From: Clostridia bacterium
Lineage (GTDB): Bacteria; Bacillota; Clostridia; Christensenellales; CAG-138
Assembly: GCA_017394835.1 (NCBI GenBank)
Contig: JAFPXD010000029.1
Location: 25,281-89,280, forward strand
Direction of reading: 5' to 3'
Length of the DNA stretch: 64,000 bases
Under the pieces are notes generated by a model. That model was not told the origin of the DNA. It ran no database searches and saw nothing but the letters and a program-made list of their open reading frames with translations. Within the stretch, counting starts at the first letter, position 1. Each line of letters begins with the position of its first letter. This document shows positions 20,076 to 30,555 of this stretch, one piece after another. The position numbers and the translations under genes were made by a program.

Positions 20076-20225
20076 AGTGCTTTCCATCCTTTCGGTGTGA
20101 TTTGCTTCACCCATTATTATATCAGAAAGAAGGAAAAAAACAACAAGCGAAATTTTGCTTTTGGGGACTGTACAGAACGCGCAAAACATGGTAAAATGTT
20201 TATTAACCATGATATGGGGGGAAAT

Positions 20226-22076
20226 ATGCCCGTGAAAAAGCTTGCATATATATTATTATCTCTGGTGATGCTGGCGGCGGCAGTGCTGCCTTCGTCCGCG
20301 TTCGCCGTCTCGAAGGAGGATGTGGATGAGATAACGACTCCGCATCTGATCCTTTTCGAGCCGGAATCGCAGACCGTTCTGTATGAAAAGGACGCCTATA
20401 CAAAGGCGTTCCCGGCAAGCACCACCAAGATAATGACCTTCGTCGTGGTAATGGATCATTGCGATGATCTTGACAGGGAATACACCTGCGGCGATGAATC
20501 GTGGAAGGGTTTTTACGATAAGAGCTCGCTGCTGGGCCTTAAGCCCGGTTACAGGGTCACCATCCGCGATATGCTTTACGGGCTCATGCTCTGCTCCGGC
20601 AACGACTGCGGCGCGTGCCTTGCCGTCGCCACCTGCGGCTCGGTGGAAGGCTTCGTCGAGCTAATGAACAGAAAGGCCGAGGAGCTCAACATGACGGGCA
20701 CTCACTACACCAACCCCCACGGCCTGCATGACGACGAGCATTACACCACCGCGCTCGATATGGCGCTGCTCATGACGGAGGCGCTCAAAAACGATTTCTT
20801 CCGCGAGGTAATAAAGACCACCGAATACACCATCAGGTCCAAGGAAGGCAAACTGAACAAGACCATCCAGACCTCCAACAAGCTCCTGCTCACCAAGCCC
20901 GGCGTCGATTGGGATGAGTGCATCTACGAATACGCGATAGGCGGCAAAACGGGCGAAACGAATATCGCCGGCTACACCCTTGTGGAAGCCGCGGAAAAGG
21001 ATGGGATCACCCTCATCGCCGTGCTTATGGGCGATTCCAATCAGGGCAACAGGAAGTTTTACGATCGCTTCCACAACGCCGTCAAGCTCTTCGAATACGG
21101 CTTCGATCAGTACGTTTCATATGAGCTTTCGGATTTTGATGTGACAAACGAGTTCAACGTCCAGACAGTCGGCTACCCTGCGGACGATCCCGCGGGCGGC
21201 AGGATCACCGCGGAGGTGGATATTTCCGGAGCGCGCCTCAAGGGCTTTCGCGATAAGCTTGCGGATATAACTCCCCAGAGCTTTGCATGGGGCGAACCGG
21301 AGCTCGATCAGGAAGCCTGCACGGCGCCCATAACGAAGGGCGAAAAGCTCGGCACGGCAACGCTTTATTTGAACGGCAAGCCCTTCTTCACGGGCGATCT
21401 CGTCGCCGCGCAGGATATTGCAGGCGCCACCACTCCCGGCCCCACCAAGCAGCCGGACAGCTTCATTGACGATAAGTCCCAAACAAAATCCGGCGGAGTC
21501 TGCAACCTTACCGTCAGCAAGAACGGCGGCGAGGATGAATACACCGTCTGGGTCTATTATAAGAACAATCTCTTCACGCTGCAGGATGCGGGCACGGTGC
21601 CCCATTACCTCTTCGCGGAGGGGGATCAGTTCCGCGCGGCAAAGGCGCCCTCCGTTCCCTACGGGGTGAGGCTCTATTATGCTTCCGCGGATGAAGAGGG
21701 CGGCACGAAGTATCTCCCCGCCGACGTTGTGATCGACGGTGAAAGCTACGTGATCGTTTCCGAAGGCAGGGCGCTGCAGGCGGTCAAGAAGGGCAAGAGC
21801 CTTGCCGCCGTGCCCGTCGAGATAAACGAAAACGGCGAGCTTACGACTCCCGTTTCCGACGATATGCTTTGGAGCTTCACAAAGAGCGGCGTCGGCTACA
21901 AGCTCCGTTCGAACGGCCTTACCCTTCACAGGAGCGGCGGCGACGGGCTCATTTTCTGGATACTCATAGGCGTTTTCGTTATTGCGATAGCGATAATAAT
22001 CCGCCTGCTTGCGACTTCGAGATCGAGGAGGCGCAATCCCAAAAGGCGCGGCAAGTACAAGATCTACCGCATGTAA
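20226..22076 (+). CDS. D-alanyl-D-alanine carboxypeptidase (peptidase S11, PBP5/6-like) with a long C-terminal extension and TM anchor
   Basis: The start is re-picked at MPVKKLAYILLSLVMLAAA (RBS GGGGGGA). The SxxK (ASTTK), SxN (CSGND) and KTG (GGKTGET) motifs are present. The C-terminal TM segment reads LIFWILIGVFVIAIAIIIRLL. The upstream 1530 nt of the 1126-aa track ORF is antisense to mnmA. Confidence 0.85.
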   Translation: MPVKKLAYILLSLVMLAAAVLPSSAFAVSKEDVDEITTPHLILFEPESQTVLYEKDAYTKAFPASTTKIMTFVVVMDHCDDLDREYTCGDESWKGFYDKSSLLGLKPGYRVTIRDMLYGLMLCSGNDCGACLAVATCGSVEGFVELMNRKAEELNMTGTHYTNPHGLHDDEHYTTALDMALLMTEALKNDFFREVIKTTEYTIRSKEGKLNKTIQTSNKLLLTKPGVDWDECIYEYAIGGKTGETNIAGYTLVEAAEKDGITLIAVLMGDSNQGNRKFYDRFHNAVKLFEYGFDQYVSYELSDFDVTNEFNVQTVGYPADDPAGGRITAEVDISGARLKGFRDKLADITPQSFAWGEPELDQEACTAPITKGEKLGTATLYLNGKPFFTGDLVAAQDIAGATTPGPTKQPDSFIDDKSQTKSGGVCNLTVSKNGGEDEYTVWVYYKNNLFTLQDAGTVPHYLFAEGDQFRAAKAPSVPYGVRLYYASADEEGGTKYLPADVVIDGESYVIVSEGRALQAVKKGKSLAAVPVEINENGELTTPVSDDMLWSFTKSGVGYKLRSNGLTLHRSGGDGLIFWILIGVFVIAIAIIIRLLATSRSRRRNPKRRGKYKIYRM

Positions 22077-22091
22077 TGGGGAAAGGACCCG

Positions 22092-22138
22092 AAACGGCGT
22101 TGGAGCTGCCTTGAGGGGGCGCCAAAGCCGTTTTTGTT
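22092..22138 (+). terminator. probable intrinsic terminator after the carboxypeptidase gene
   Basis: AAACGGC ... GCCGTTT pair, with further GC pairing inside. TTTTTGTTT follows. Confidence 0.5.
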
Positions 22139-22150
22139 TGAAGGAGAGAA

Positions 22151-22885
22151 ATGCAGTACGAGGGCTTTGCAAGCGTTTACGATACGCTGATGGCGGGGGT
22201 CGATTACGGCGCATGGGCGGATCACATCGCCTCCATGCTGCCCGTTCGCGCCTCCGTGCTCGAATGCGCCTGCGGCACGGGGGAGATCTCGCTCCGCCTT
22301 GCAAGGAAGGGCTTTTCGGTCACGGCAACGGATATTTCGGCCGAAATGCTGAGCATCGCGCAGGAAAAACAGCGCAGAGCGGGGCTCGCGCTTTCATCGC
22401 TCCGCTTTGCGCGGATGGATATGCGCTCTCCGGAGCTTAATAAGAAGGTCGATGCGGTGATCGCCTGCTGCGACGGGGTGAATTATCTGACGAGCCGCGA
22501 GGACGTTAAAAAGTTCTTTTCAGCCGCATACAGGGCGCTCAAGCCCGACGGAGTGCTGATATTCGATATTTCCTCCCGCTATAAGCTCGAAAACGTGCTC
22601 GGGAACAACTGCTTCATTGATAACGGGCGCGAAGCCGCCTATCTCTGGCAGAACGAATACGATCCCGAAACGAAGCTCATCCGCATGGAGCTCTCCTTCT
22701 TCAAGCGCGAGGGCGGGCTTTACAGAAGGATCGACGAAACGCATATCCAGCGCGCTCATTCCGTGCGCGAGCTTGGGAATTGGCTCGAGGAAACGGGCTT
22801 TACGTGGGAAGCGAAGGGCTTTTTGAAGGACTCCGCCCCCGAAAAGGATGAAGAAAGGATAGGGTTCACAGCCCATAAAAGGTGA
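22151..22885 (+). CDS. class I SAM-dependent methyltransferase
   Basis: 244 aa with the SAM-binding motif VLECACGTGEISLRLA and the RBS GAAGGAGAG. Confidence 0.8.
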   Translation: MQYEGFASVYDTLMAGVDYGAWADHIASMLPVRASVLECACGTGEISLRLARKGFSVTATDISAEMLSIAQEKQRRAGLALSSLRFARMDMRSPELNKKVDAVIACCDGVNYLTSREDVKKFFSAAYRALKPDGVLIFDISSRYKLENVLGNNCFIDNGREAAYLWQNEYDPETKLIRMELSFFKREGGLYRRIDETHIQRAHSVRELGNWLEETGFTWEAKGFLKDSAPEKDEERIGFTAHKR

Positions 22886-23811
22886 TGGGAATGGAAAATC
22901 ACGATAAGATAATAAGGGGCCTTCTCTGTGAAGGCAGCATCAATATGACGGCGATAAGCGCGGGCGCGCTCGTTGAAAAAGCAAGGCGTACCCACGGATT
23001 GTCCCACGTCTGCACTGCGGCGCTGGGCCGCCTTCTCATGCAGACGGCGATGATGAGCGCACAGCTCAAAAGCGCTTCCGATAACCTCACCGTCATTTTC
23101 GACGGGAACGGCGCGGCGGGCAGGTTCGTCGCCGTGGGTCACGAGGGCGGAGCGGTAAAGGGCTATGCCGATATTCCGGGCGCGGAGCTTCCCTTAAAGC
23201 CCAACGGCAAGCTTGACGTTGCGGGCGCCGTCGGCACGGAAGGCGAGATGCGAGTGATCCGCGATCTTTCCCTGAAGGAGCCCTACGTAGGCCGCTGCGC
23301 TATCACCGACGGCGAGATCGCCAACGATTTTGCCAATTACTTTGTCAAGAGCGAGCAGCAGCCCTCGCTCGTGTATCTCGGCGTAAGGGTCGATCCCGCA
23401 AGCGGCGAAGTCCGCGCCGCTTCGGGCATAATGCTCCAGCCGCTGCCCTTCTGCCCCGAAAGGGATATTGCGTATCTTGAACAGAAGGCGCAGGATATAA
23501 CCGCCCTCACCCGCATGATAGAGGAAGGCTTCGGCCTTGAGGACGCAATAATAGAGCTCCTGGGCGAGCTGCACCCCGAATTCAACGAAAGCGCCGAGCC
23601 CGAGTTCCAATGCGACTGCAGCCGCGAAAAGATCGAGGCCGCGCTCATCTCCCTTGGCAGGGAGGAGCTTACGGATATAATTGAAAAGGACGGGAAGGCG
23701 GAGCTTACCTGCCGCTTCTGCAGCAAACGCTATGCCTTTACCCGCGATGAGCTTGCCGCTCTGCTCGAGGAAGCGGAGCGGAGGGAGGAGCCCGAAGACG
23801 ATGGCGAATGA
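22885..23811 (+). CDS. hslO: Hsp33 family redox-regulated chaperone HslO
   Basis: The C-terminal zinc centre reads CDCSREK...CRFCSKRY. The ATG overlaps the upstream TGA (TGATG). GTG at 22882 and ATG at 22891 are alternative starts. Confidence 0.88.
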   Translation: MGMENHDKIIRGLLCEGSINMTAISAGALVEKARRTHGLSHVCTAALGRLLMQTAMMSAQLKSASDNLTVIFDGNGAAGRFVAVGHEGGAVKGYADIPGAELPLKPNGKLDVAGAVGTEGEMRVIRDLSLKEPYVGRCAITDGEIANDFANYFVKSEQQPSLVYLGVRVDPASGEVRAASGIMLQPLPFCPERDIAYLEQKAQDITALTRMIEEGFGLEDAIIELLGELHPEFNESAEPEFQCDCSREKIEAALISLGREELTDIIEKDGKAELTCRFCSKRYAFTRDELAALLEEAERREEPEDDGE

Positions 23812-25549
23812 CGGAAACAACGGCAAGGTATTGAGGTTCACGCAGGACCCCGACTTCTATGCGAAGCGCGGGGACGTTAAGCGCGCCCAAAATGACCTGC
23901 TCTCCGCCATAGCGATGTATAACGAGGCGCTCCATAAGGATCCGCACGACCTTGATACGAGGCTTGCCGCCGCCGAAGTGCTTACCGATATGTCCCGCTT
24001 CGACGATTCGAACCGCATGCTCATCCCCTATATGCACGAGGATGAGGATTACGAGAAGGACGCATGGTGCATGGTGGGCTTCAATCTGCTCGCCATGGGC
24101 GAACTCGACGGCGCCGAGCGCTGCTTCGACCGCTTCTTTTCTATGACGGACGAGGTTTCCGAACGCACCGACGCCATATTGAACGCGCTCGATTACATAG
24201 ACTCCAACCGCCCCGAAAAGCCGCTCCTCGCCGACGCGGTGAGCGCCATGAGGGAGGAGCGCGCGTTTGAAGCGCAGACCGCGTTCGACAGGGGCGAATT
24301 CGAAAAGGCGGCGAATATCTGGAGCAAGCTTTCGGATGAGGATCCGGGCGATAAACGCCTGCTTTACGATTCCGCGCTTGCGCTGCTCTGCTGCCGCAGA
24401 GCGGATAAGGGAGAAAAATACATCGGCAGGCTTTTGGAGGAGGAGCAGAACAACGTCCACGCGCTTTCCCTCGGCCTGCTTTACGCAAGGGAAGCGGGCG
24501 ACGCGGAACGCACCGAAACGCTTTGCGAAGGGCTTGCGAACGTCGATACCGACGATACCGACGAGCTCATCCGCATAAACGGCGTGCTGCTTGAAGCGGA
24601 AAGGTACGAGCTGGCGTTCGTTTACGCGAAACGCGCGCTGAAGCTCCTGCCCTACGATCCGCTCATCAATCACCGCTATGCGCTCTGCCTCATAAGCCGC
24701 GGGCAGTATTCAAAGGCGGCGGACGTTTACGATAAGCTCGTCCGCATCGACAGGAACGATACCATTGCGCGCTTTTACCGCAGCTCCTGCTACGAGGCGG
24801 AAAACAACGGCGAGCCGCCCTTCGGCAAGGGCAGGCTCCCGAGGATGCTGAACTATCAGCTCCCCTTTTCGGAAACCATACTGAGGGCGAAAAAGCTTCT
24901 TGAAGGCGCGGGGGATTCGTTCGGGAGCGTGGTCGATCGCTGGAACAGCGAGCCCGAATACCGCGAGACCGTCCGCTGGGCGTTCACCCTGCATGAATTC
25001 AACGTCGATATAGCTATGATAAACCTCCTCCGCGCCGTCGGCGGGGACGAGGCGGAGCATCTCATCAGGGAGAGCATTTCCGATACGGCGACCTCACGCG
25101 CGCTCGTAAGCGAAGCGATGGGCGCCTTAAAGCGCATGGGCGCCGAGGAGCCCTATCTTGCAATGGTGGACGGCTGCCTGATAGAGGGCAAGGTCAACAT
25201 GGTAGATCTTTCCGGCGTGAGGATACCCAAGGCCTACCGGGATATTTTCGAAAGGATAAAGAACGTTTCGGGCGGGCGCTATCCCGATGAGGTGATGCTG
25301 ACCGCCGCGAACATAGTTGAGCGCTTCATTGCGGGCACGGGAGGCGAATTCCCGCCGCTAACGCAGAAGCGGTCGGAGGCGGTCTCCGCCGCGGTGGAGT
25401 TCATGGCGTGCGAAAAATGCGGCGTGCCATTCCGCGAAGACCTGCTTGAGGCTTACGGCATAACCGAACGCAGGCTCATGAACGCGATAGACCTGCTTAT
25501 AAACTCCGTCGATGGACTCAACGTGAAGGACGAGGGGCCGGAGCTGTGA
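23801..25549 (+). CDS. tetratricopeptide repeat (TPR) protein
   Basis: The start is re-picked at MANDGNNGKVLRF and overlaps the hslO end by 11 nt. Repeated A/Y/L-rich 34-aa helical units are present (for example AIAMYNEALHKDPHD). The function is unknown. Confidence 0.7.
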   Translation: MANDGNNGKVLRFTQDPDFYAKRGDVKRAQNDLLSAIAMYNEALHKDPHDLDTRLAAAEVLTDMSRFDDSNRMLIPYMHEDEDYEKDAWCMVGFNLLAMGELDGAERCFDRFFSMTDEVSERTDAILNALDYIDSNRPEKPLLADAVSAMREERAFEAQTAFDRGEFEKAANIWSKLSDEDPGDKRLLYDSALALLCCRRADKGEKYIGRLLEEEQNNVHALSLGLLYAREAGDAERTETLCEGLANVDTDDTDELIRINGVLLEAERYELAFVYAKRALKLLPYDPLINHRYALCLISRGQYSKAADVYDKLVRIDRNDTIARFYRSSCYEAENNGEPPFGKGRLPRMLNYQLPFSETILRAKKLLEGAGDSFGSVVDRWNSEPEYRETVRWAFTLHEFNVDIAMINLLRAVGGDEAEHLIRESISDTATSRALVSEAMGALKRMGAEEPYLAMVDGCLIEGKVNMVDLSGVRIPKAYRDIFERIKNVSGGRYPDEVMLTAANIVERFIAGTGGEFPPLTQKRSEAVSAAVEFMACEKCGVPFREDLLEAYGITERRLMNAIDLLINSVDGLNVKDEGPEL

Positions 25550-25567
25550 AAAAACGGGGGACCTGAA

Positions 25568-26716
25568 ATGAGATACATCGCGACCTGCAAAATGGGGCTC
25601 GAATCCGTCGTTTCGGAAGAGCTCCGCGCAAAGGGGATAGAGATCGAATCCGTCAGCGACGCAAGGATAGTTTTCCGCGGGGACGGGCTTGCGATGGCGC
25701 GCGCCTGCTTGTGGCTGCGCTCCGCCGAGCGCGTGCTCATGATAGCCGGCGAATTCAAAGCCGCATCCTTCGAGGAGCTTTACGATGGAGTGAGGCGCAT
25801 CGAATGGGAGCGCTATATTCGAAAAGACAGCTTTATCCACGTGAACGGCAAATCGGCGAAGAGCACCCTCTTTGCCGTTTCGGATTGCCAGCGCATCACC
25901 AAAAAGGCGATAGTCGATAGGCTTTTTGAAGCCTACCACACCGCGAACCTTCCCGAAACCGGAGAAGAGATCATTATAGAAGTCGGCCTTCTCCGCGATG
26001 AAGTCACCCTCTGCCTCGACTGCTGCGGCGCGGGCCTTTCAAGAAGGGGTTACAGGACTTGGAACGTCGCCGCCCCCATTGCGGAAACGCTTGGCGCCGC
26101 CATAGTCAGCCTTGCAAGATACCGCGCGGAGATCCCGCTCGTCGATCCCATGTGCGGCTCAGGCACGATGCCGATAGAGGCGGCCATGATCGCAAGGAAC
26201 ATGGCTCCCGGCATGAACCGCCCCTTCGCCGCCGAAAAATGGTCTTTCCTCGAAGGCGATCCGTTCGCCCTTGCAAGGGAGGAGGCGCACGATTCGGTGC
26301 TGGATACGGCCCCCGATATTCTGGGGAGCGATATTGACCCGCACGCGATAGAGGTCTGCAAAAAGCACGCCAAAAAGGCGGGCGTCACGGTGCGCTGGGC
26401 GGTGCGTCCCGTTTCGGAATTCCGCCCCGAAAGCGAGAGCGGCATAATAGTCTGCAACCCGCCCTACGGCGAAAGGCTGATGGAAAAGCGCGATGCGGAA
26501 AGGCTCTACCGCGAAATGCGCCGCGTGTTCGATAAGCTCACCCATTGGGATAAGAACATAATCGCATCGCATAAGGAATTCGAGCGTATTTACGGCAAAA
26601 AGGCGGACAGGCGCAGGAAGCTTTCCAACGGAGGCATGACCTGCACGCTGTACCGCTACTTTGCCGAGGAAGGCTTCATAAGAAAACCCGATCAAAGCTT
26701 CCCCAATATGGAATAA
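25568..26716 (+). CDS. THUMP-domain class I SAM-dependent RNA methyltransferase (RlmL/YpsC-like)
   Basis: 382 aa with an N-terminal THUMP-like region, the SAM motif DPMCGSGT and the catalytic NPPYG. Confidence 0.85.
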   Translation: MRYIATCKMGLESVVSEELRAKGIEIESVSDARIVFRGDGLAMARACLWLRSAERVLMIAGEFKAASFEELYDGVRRIEWERYIRKDSFIHVNGKSAKSTLFAVSDCQRITKKAIVDRLFEAYHTANLPETGEEIIIEVGLLRDEVTLCLDCCGAGLSRRGYRTWNVAAPIAETLGAAIVSLARYRAEIPLVDPMCGSGTMPIEAAMIARNMAPGMNRPFAAEKWSFLEGDPFALAREEAHDSVLDTAPDILGSDIDPHAIEVCKKHAKKAGVTVRWAVRPVSEFRPESESGIIVCNPPYGERLMEKRDAERLYREMRRVFDKLTHWDKNIIASHKEFERIYGKKADRRRKLSNGGMTCTLYRYFAEEGFIRKPDQSFPNME

Positions 26717-26877
26717 AGCTTCTGCTTCTGCCCCTCCGAAAGGAAGGGCAGTATTGCTTCCGCGCCGCGGGCAAGGGCGCTTTCGTCAAACCGCCCCTCC
26801 GCCCTTTGGCGCGAGGTCTCCTGCATAAGAGTCCGCATCAGCTCGTCCTCGCTCCGGCCGGCGTATTTTCCGATCAA
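26692..26877 (-). CDS. small hypothetical protein (start uncertain)
   Basis: A 61-aa frame from a TTG start, ...DELMRTLMQETSRQRAEGRFDE...LSEGQKQKLYSILGKL. The frame stays open a further 30 codons upstream to a strong SD (GAAAGGAG, 26979-26986), but there is no canonical start codon there. Confidence 0.35.
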   Translation of the reverse strand: MIGKYAGRSEDELMRTLMQETSRQRAEGRFDESALARGAEAILPFLSEGQKQKLYSILGKL

Positions 26878-27059
26878 TTCCTCAACGCCGCCCGCACCTG
26901 CTTCCGATGGGGAAGAAGGGGCCGCGGGCCTTGCTTCGCCGCTCCTTGATTTAAGGCTCTTTTTAATTTTAGATCACGCTCCTTTCGTTCCCAATATATG
27001 CGCGGCGTTCACAATTTGCGCCTCCGCGGAATATGATTTCCAGAGAGGGAGGTGGTTTT

Positions 27060-27383
27060 ATGCAGAGGACGCCCGCAAACCGAAACGAAGGGAACGGCGA
27101 AGCTCAGCCGCTCGTTAAGCTCGCAAGGCGCATAAGGTCGGAGCAGGGCGCTGAGCAGCTAAAGGCGTTTTTGCAGGCGATGACGCCGTTTTTCGCTCCG
27201 AACGAGCTGAAGAACATCGCGGCGGATTTCGGGGTCGAATTCCGCGAAAGGCAGCCGGAGCCGCCCGCGCAGCCCCAGCCGAGGCAGGATCCCATGGATA
27301 TGATAAGGAGCATAATGCAGATAAAGACGCTCATGAGCGGAGCCGACCCGCAGGCGCTCATGAGGCTCTTGAGCGGGAAATGA
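27060..27383 (+). CDS. small hypothetical protein
   Basis: 107 aa starting from ATG, preceded by GGGAGGTG. It is hydrophilic with a Pro/Gln-rich centre (PEPPAQPQPRQDP). I recognise no motif. Confidence 0.5.
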   Translation: MQRTPANRNEGNGEAQPLVKLARRIRSEQGAEQLKAFLQAMTPFFAPNELKNIAADFGVEFRERQPEPPAQPQPRQDPMDMIRSIMQIKTLMSGADPQALMRLLSGK

Positions 27384-27468
27384 ACAGCACGCGTGAAACG
27401 CGGCCTTCCTTCGTGAAGACCGCTTATTCACTATGGACAAACGCATAAAAATACGGTAGAATAACGGT

Positions 27469-29408
<1,940 letters not shown>

Positions 29409-29414
29409 TCGCTT

Positions 29415-29696
29415 TTGCCGAATATTAAGGAGAAAACAGATAAGAAAAGATGGCTCTGCACAGTGCTCGCGGTGATTATCGCCTGCTCCGCGTTCTCCGC
29501 CTGCGGGCGCAAGCCCACTGAATATGCTTCGCGTTCCCGCGCCGCTCAGGACCCCGGCGCGGCCCGCGCCTCCGCGACCTTCCCTCCCGTTAAGGAAGCG
29601 GGCATAGGCGTGATAGTGGAGCTTGCCGAAGGCGCCTTCACCGAAGCGGAGCTCCGTGCGGCGGCGGAAAGCGTGAACGTCATCGCGCCTCGCTGA
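29415..29696 (+). CDS. small putative lipoprotein (start uncertain)
   Basis: KKRWLCTVLAVIIACSAFSAC forms a signal peptide plus lipobox. Only a TTG start is available in frame. The gene overlaps the convergent downstream gene by 17 nt. Confidence 0.4.
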   Translation: MPNIKEKTDKKRWLCTVLAVIIACSAFSACGRKPTEYASRSRAAQDPGAARASATFPPVKEAGIGVIVELAEGAFTEAELRAAAESVNVIAPR

Positions 29697-30486
29697 GGCG
29701 GTCGCGTTTGAGCCTTTCCGCGGCGAAGAACCCCGCGCCGAGGCTTAAAGCAAGGCTCCCGGCCAGCCTGTAATAGAGCGAGTACCGCATTATGAGGCTC
29801 ATCAGCATGAGCCCTGCGCCCACCGAAAAGAATTTTACGGCGCGTTCGCGCGGGAGGGCCCAAAGCCTTCCCGCACGGCGCTTTTTTTCATATTTCGAGC
29901 GGTATTTGATAAGCGCGGCGGAAACGGCCTCCGCATGGGAGACGGGAAGAAGCAATGCGTATTCTCCTCCAAGCGCTTCGCTCGCGGGAAGATAATCCAT
30001 CCCCGCGGCGCGCATGAGCGCCTCCGCTCCGGCGGTGGGCTTGGCGGGGGAGACGACCTTGAGCCTGCTGCCGCTCATTCCCGAAAGAACGGCGCGAATA
30101 TCGTCCGCGGTGAAAAGCTCCGTCCTTTCGATAAGCAGTATCCCGGCGCGGCCCCTCAGCCGCGCGAAGATCGGCTCGGGATCGAGCGAGAGCTTCGTTT
30201 CCCGCGCAAGCGCCTTCCCTTCCTCAATGAGTCTCGCCCGCGTTTTCAAGGAGATCCTCTTCCCGAAATATGCGGCGAAGGCCAGACCGGCCGCAAGCAC
30301 GAGCGCCGTGCAGAATAAGCAGGCGGCGCGGTTCACGAGCCTCGGCCTTACGGCAAGGTACAGCCCGAAAGCGCAGAACAGCGCCGTCAGCACCCGGTCC
30401 GAAGCGGCGGCAAAGCGGCTCCTGCCTCCGTGAGCCTCGCGAAACACAAGCGTTTCAAAGCTTTTTTCAATATCAACAGGTCCCAT
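29680..30486 (-). CDS. hypothetical membrane protein (2 N-terminal and 2 C-terminal TM helices flanking a soluble domain)
   Basis: 268 aa with an ATG start. The hydrophobic segments are LTALFCAFGLYLAV, LFCTALVLAAGLAFAAYF, FFSVGAGLMLMSLIM and LAGSLALSLGAGFFAA. I recognise no family. Confidence 0.55.
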   Translation of the reverse strand: MGPVDIEKSFETLVFREAHGGRSRFAAASDRVLTALFCAFGLYLAVRPRLVNRAACLFCTALVLAAGLAFAAYFGKRISLKTRARLIEEGKALARETKLSLDPEPIFARLRGRAGILLIERTELFTADDIRAVLSGMSGSRLKVVSPAKPTAGAEALMRAAGMDYLPASEALGGEYALLLPVSHAEAVSAALIKYRSKYEKKRRAGRLWALPRERAVKFFSVGAGLMLMSLIMRYSLYYRLAGSLALSLGAGFFAAERLKRDRLSEAR

Positions 30487-30518
30487 GAGTTTTTATTGCC
30501 CTATTTTTGCGTTTGGTA

Positions 30519-30547
30519 TTCACAAAACCTTTCGAATGCTGTATAAT
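30519..30547 (+). promoter_or_regulatory. sigma-A-type promoter (TTCACA-17-TATAAT) ending 8 nt before the nadD-yqeK ATG
   Basis: TTCACA lies at 30519-30524 and TATAAT at 30542-30547. No purine-rich SD lies between the -10 element and the ATG at 30556. Confidence 0.55.
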
Positions 30548-30555
30548 ATGATATT

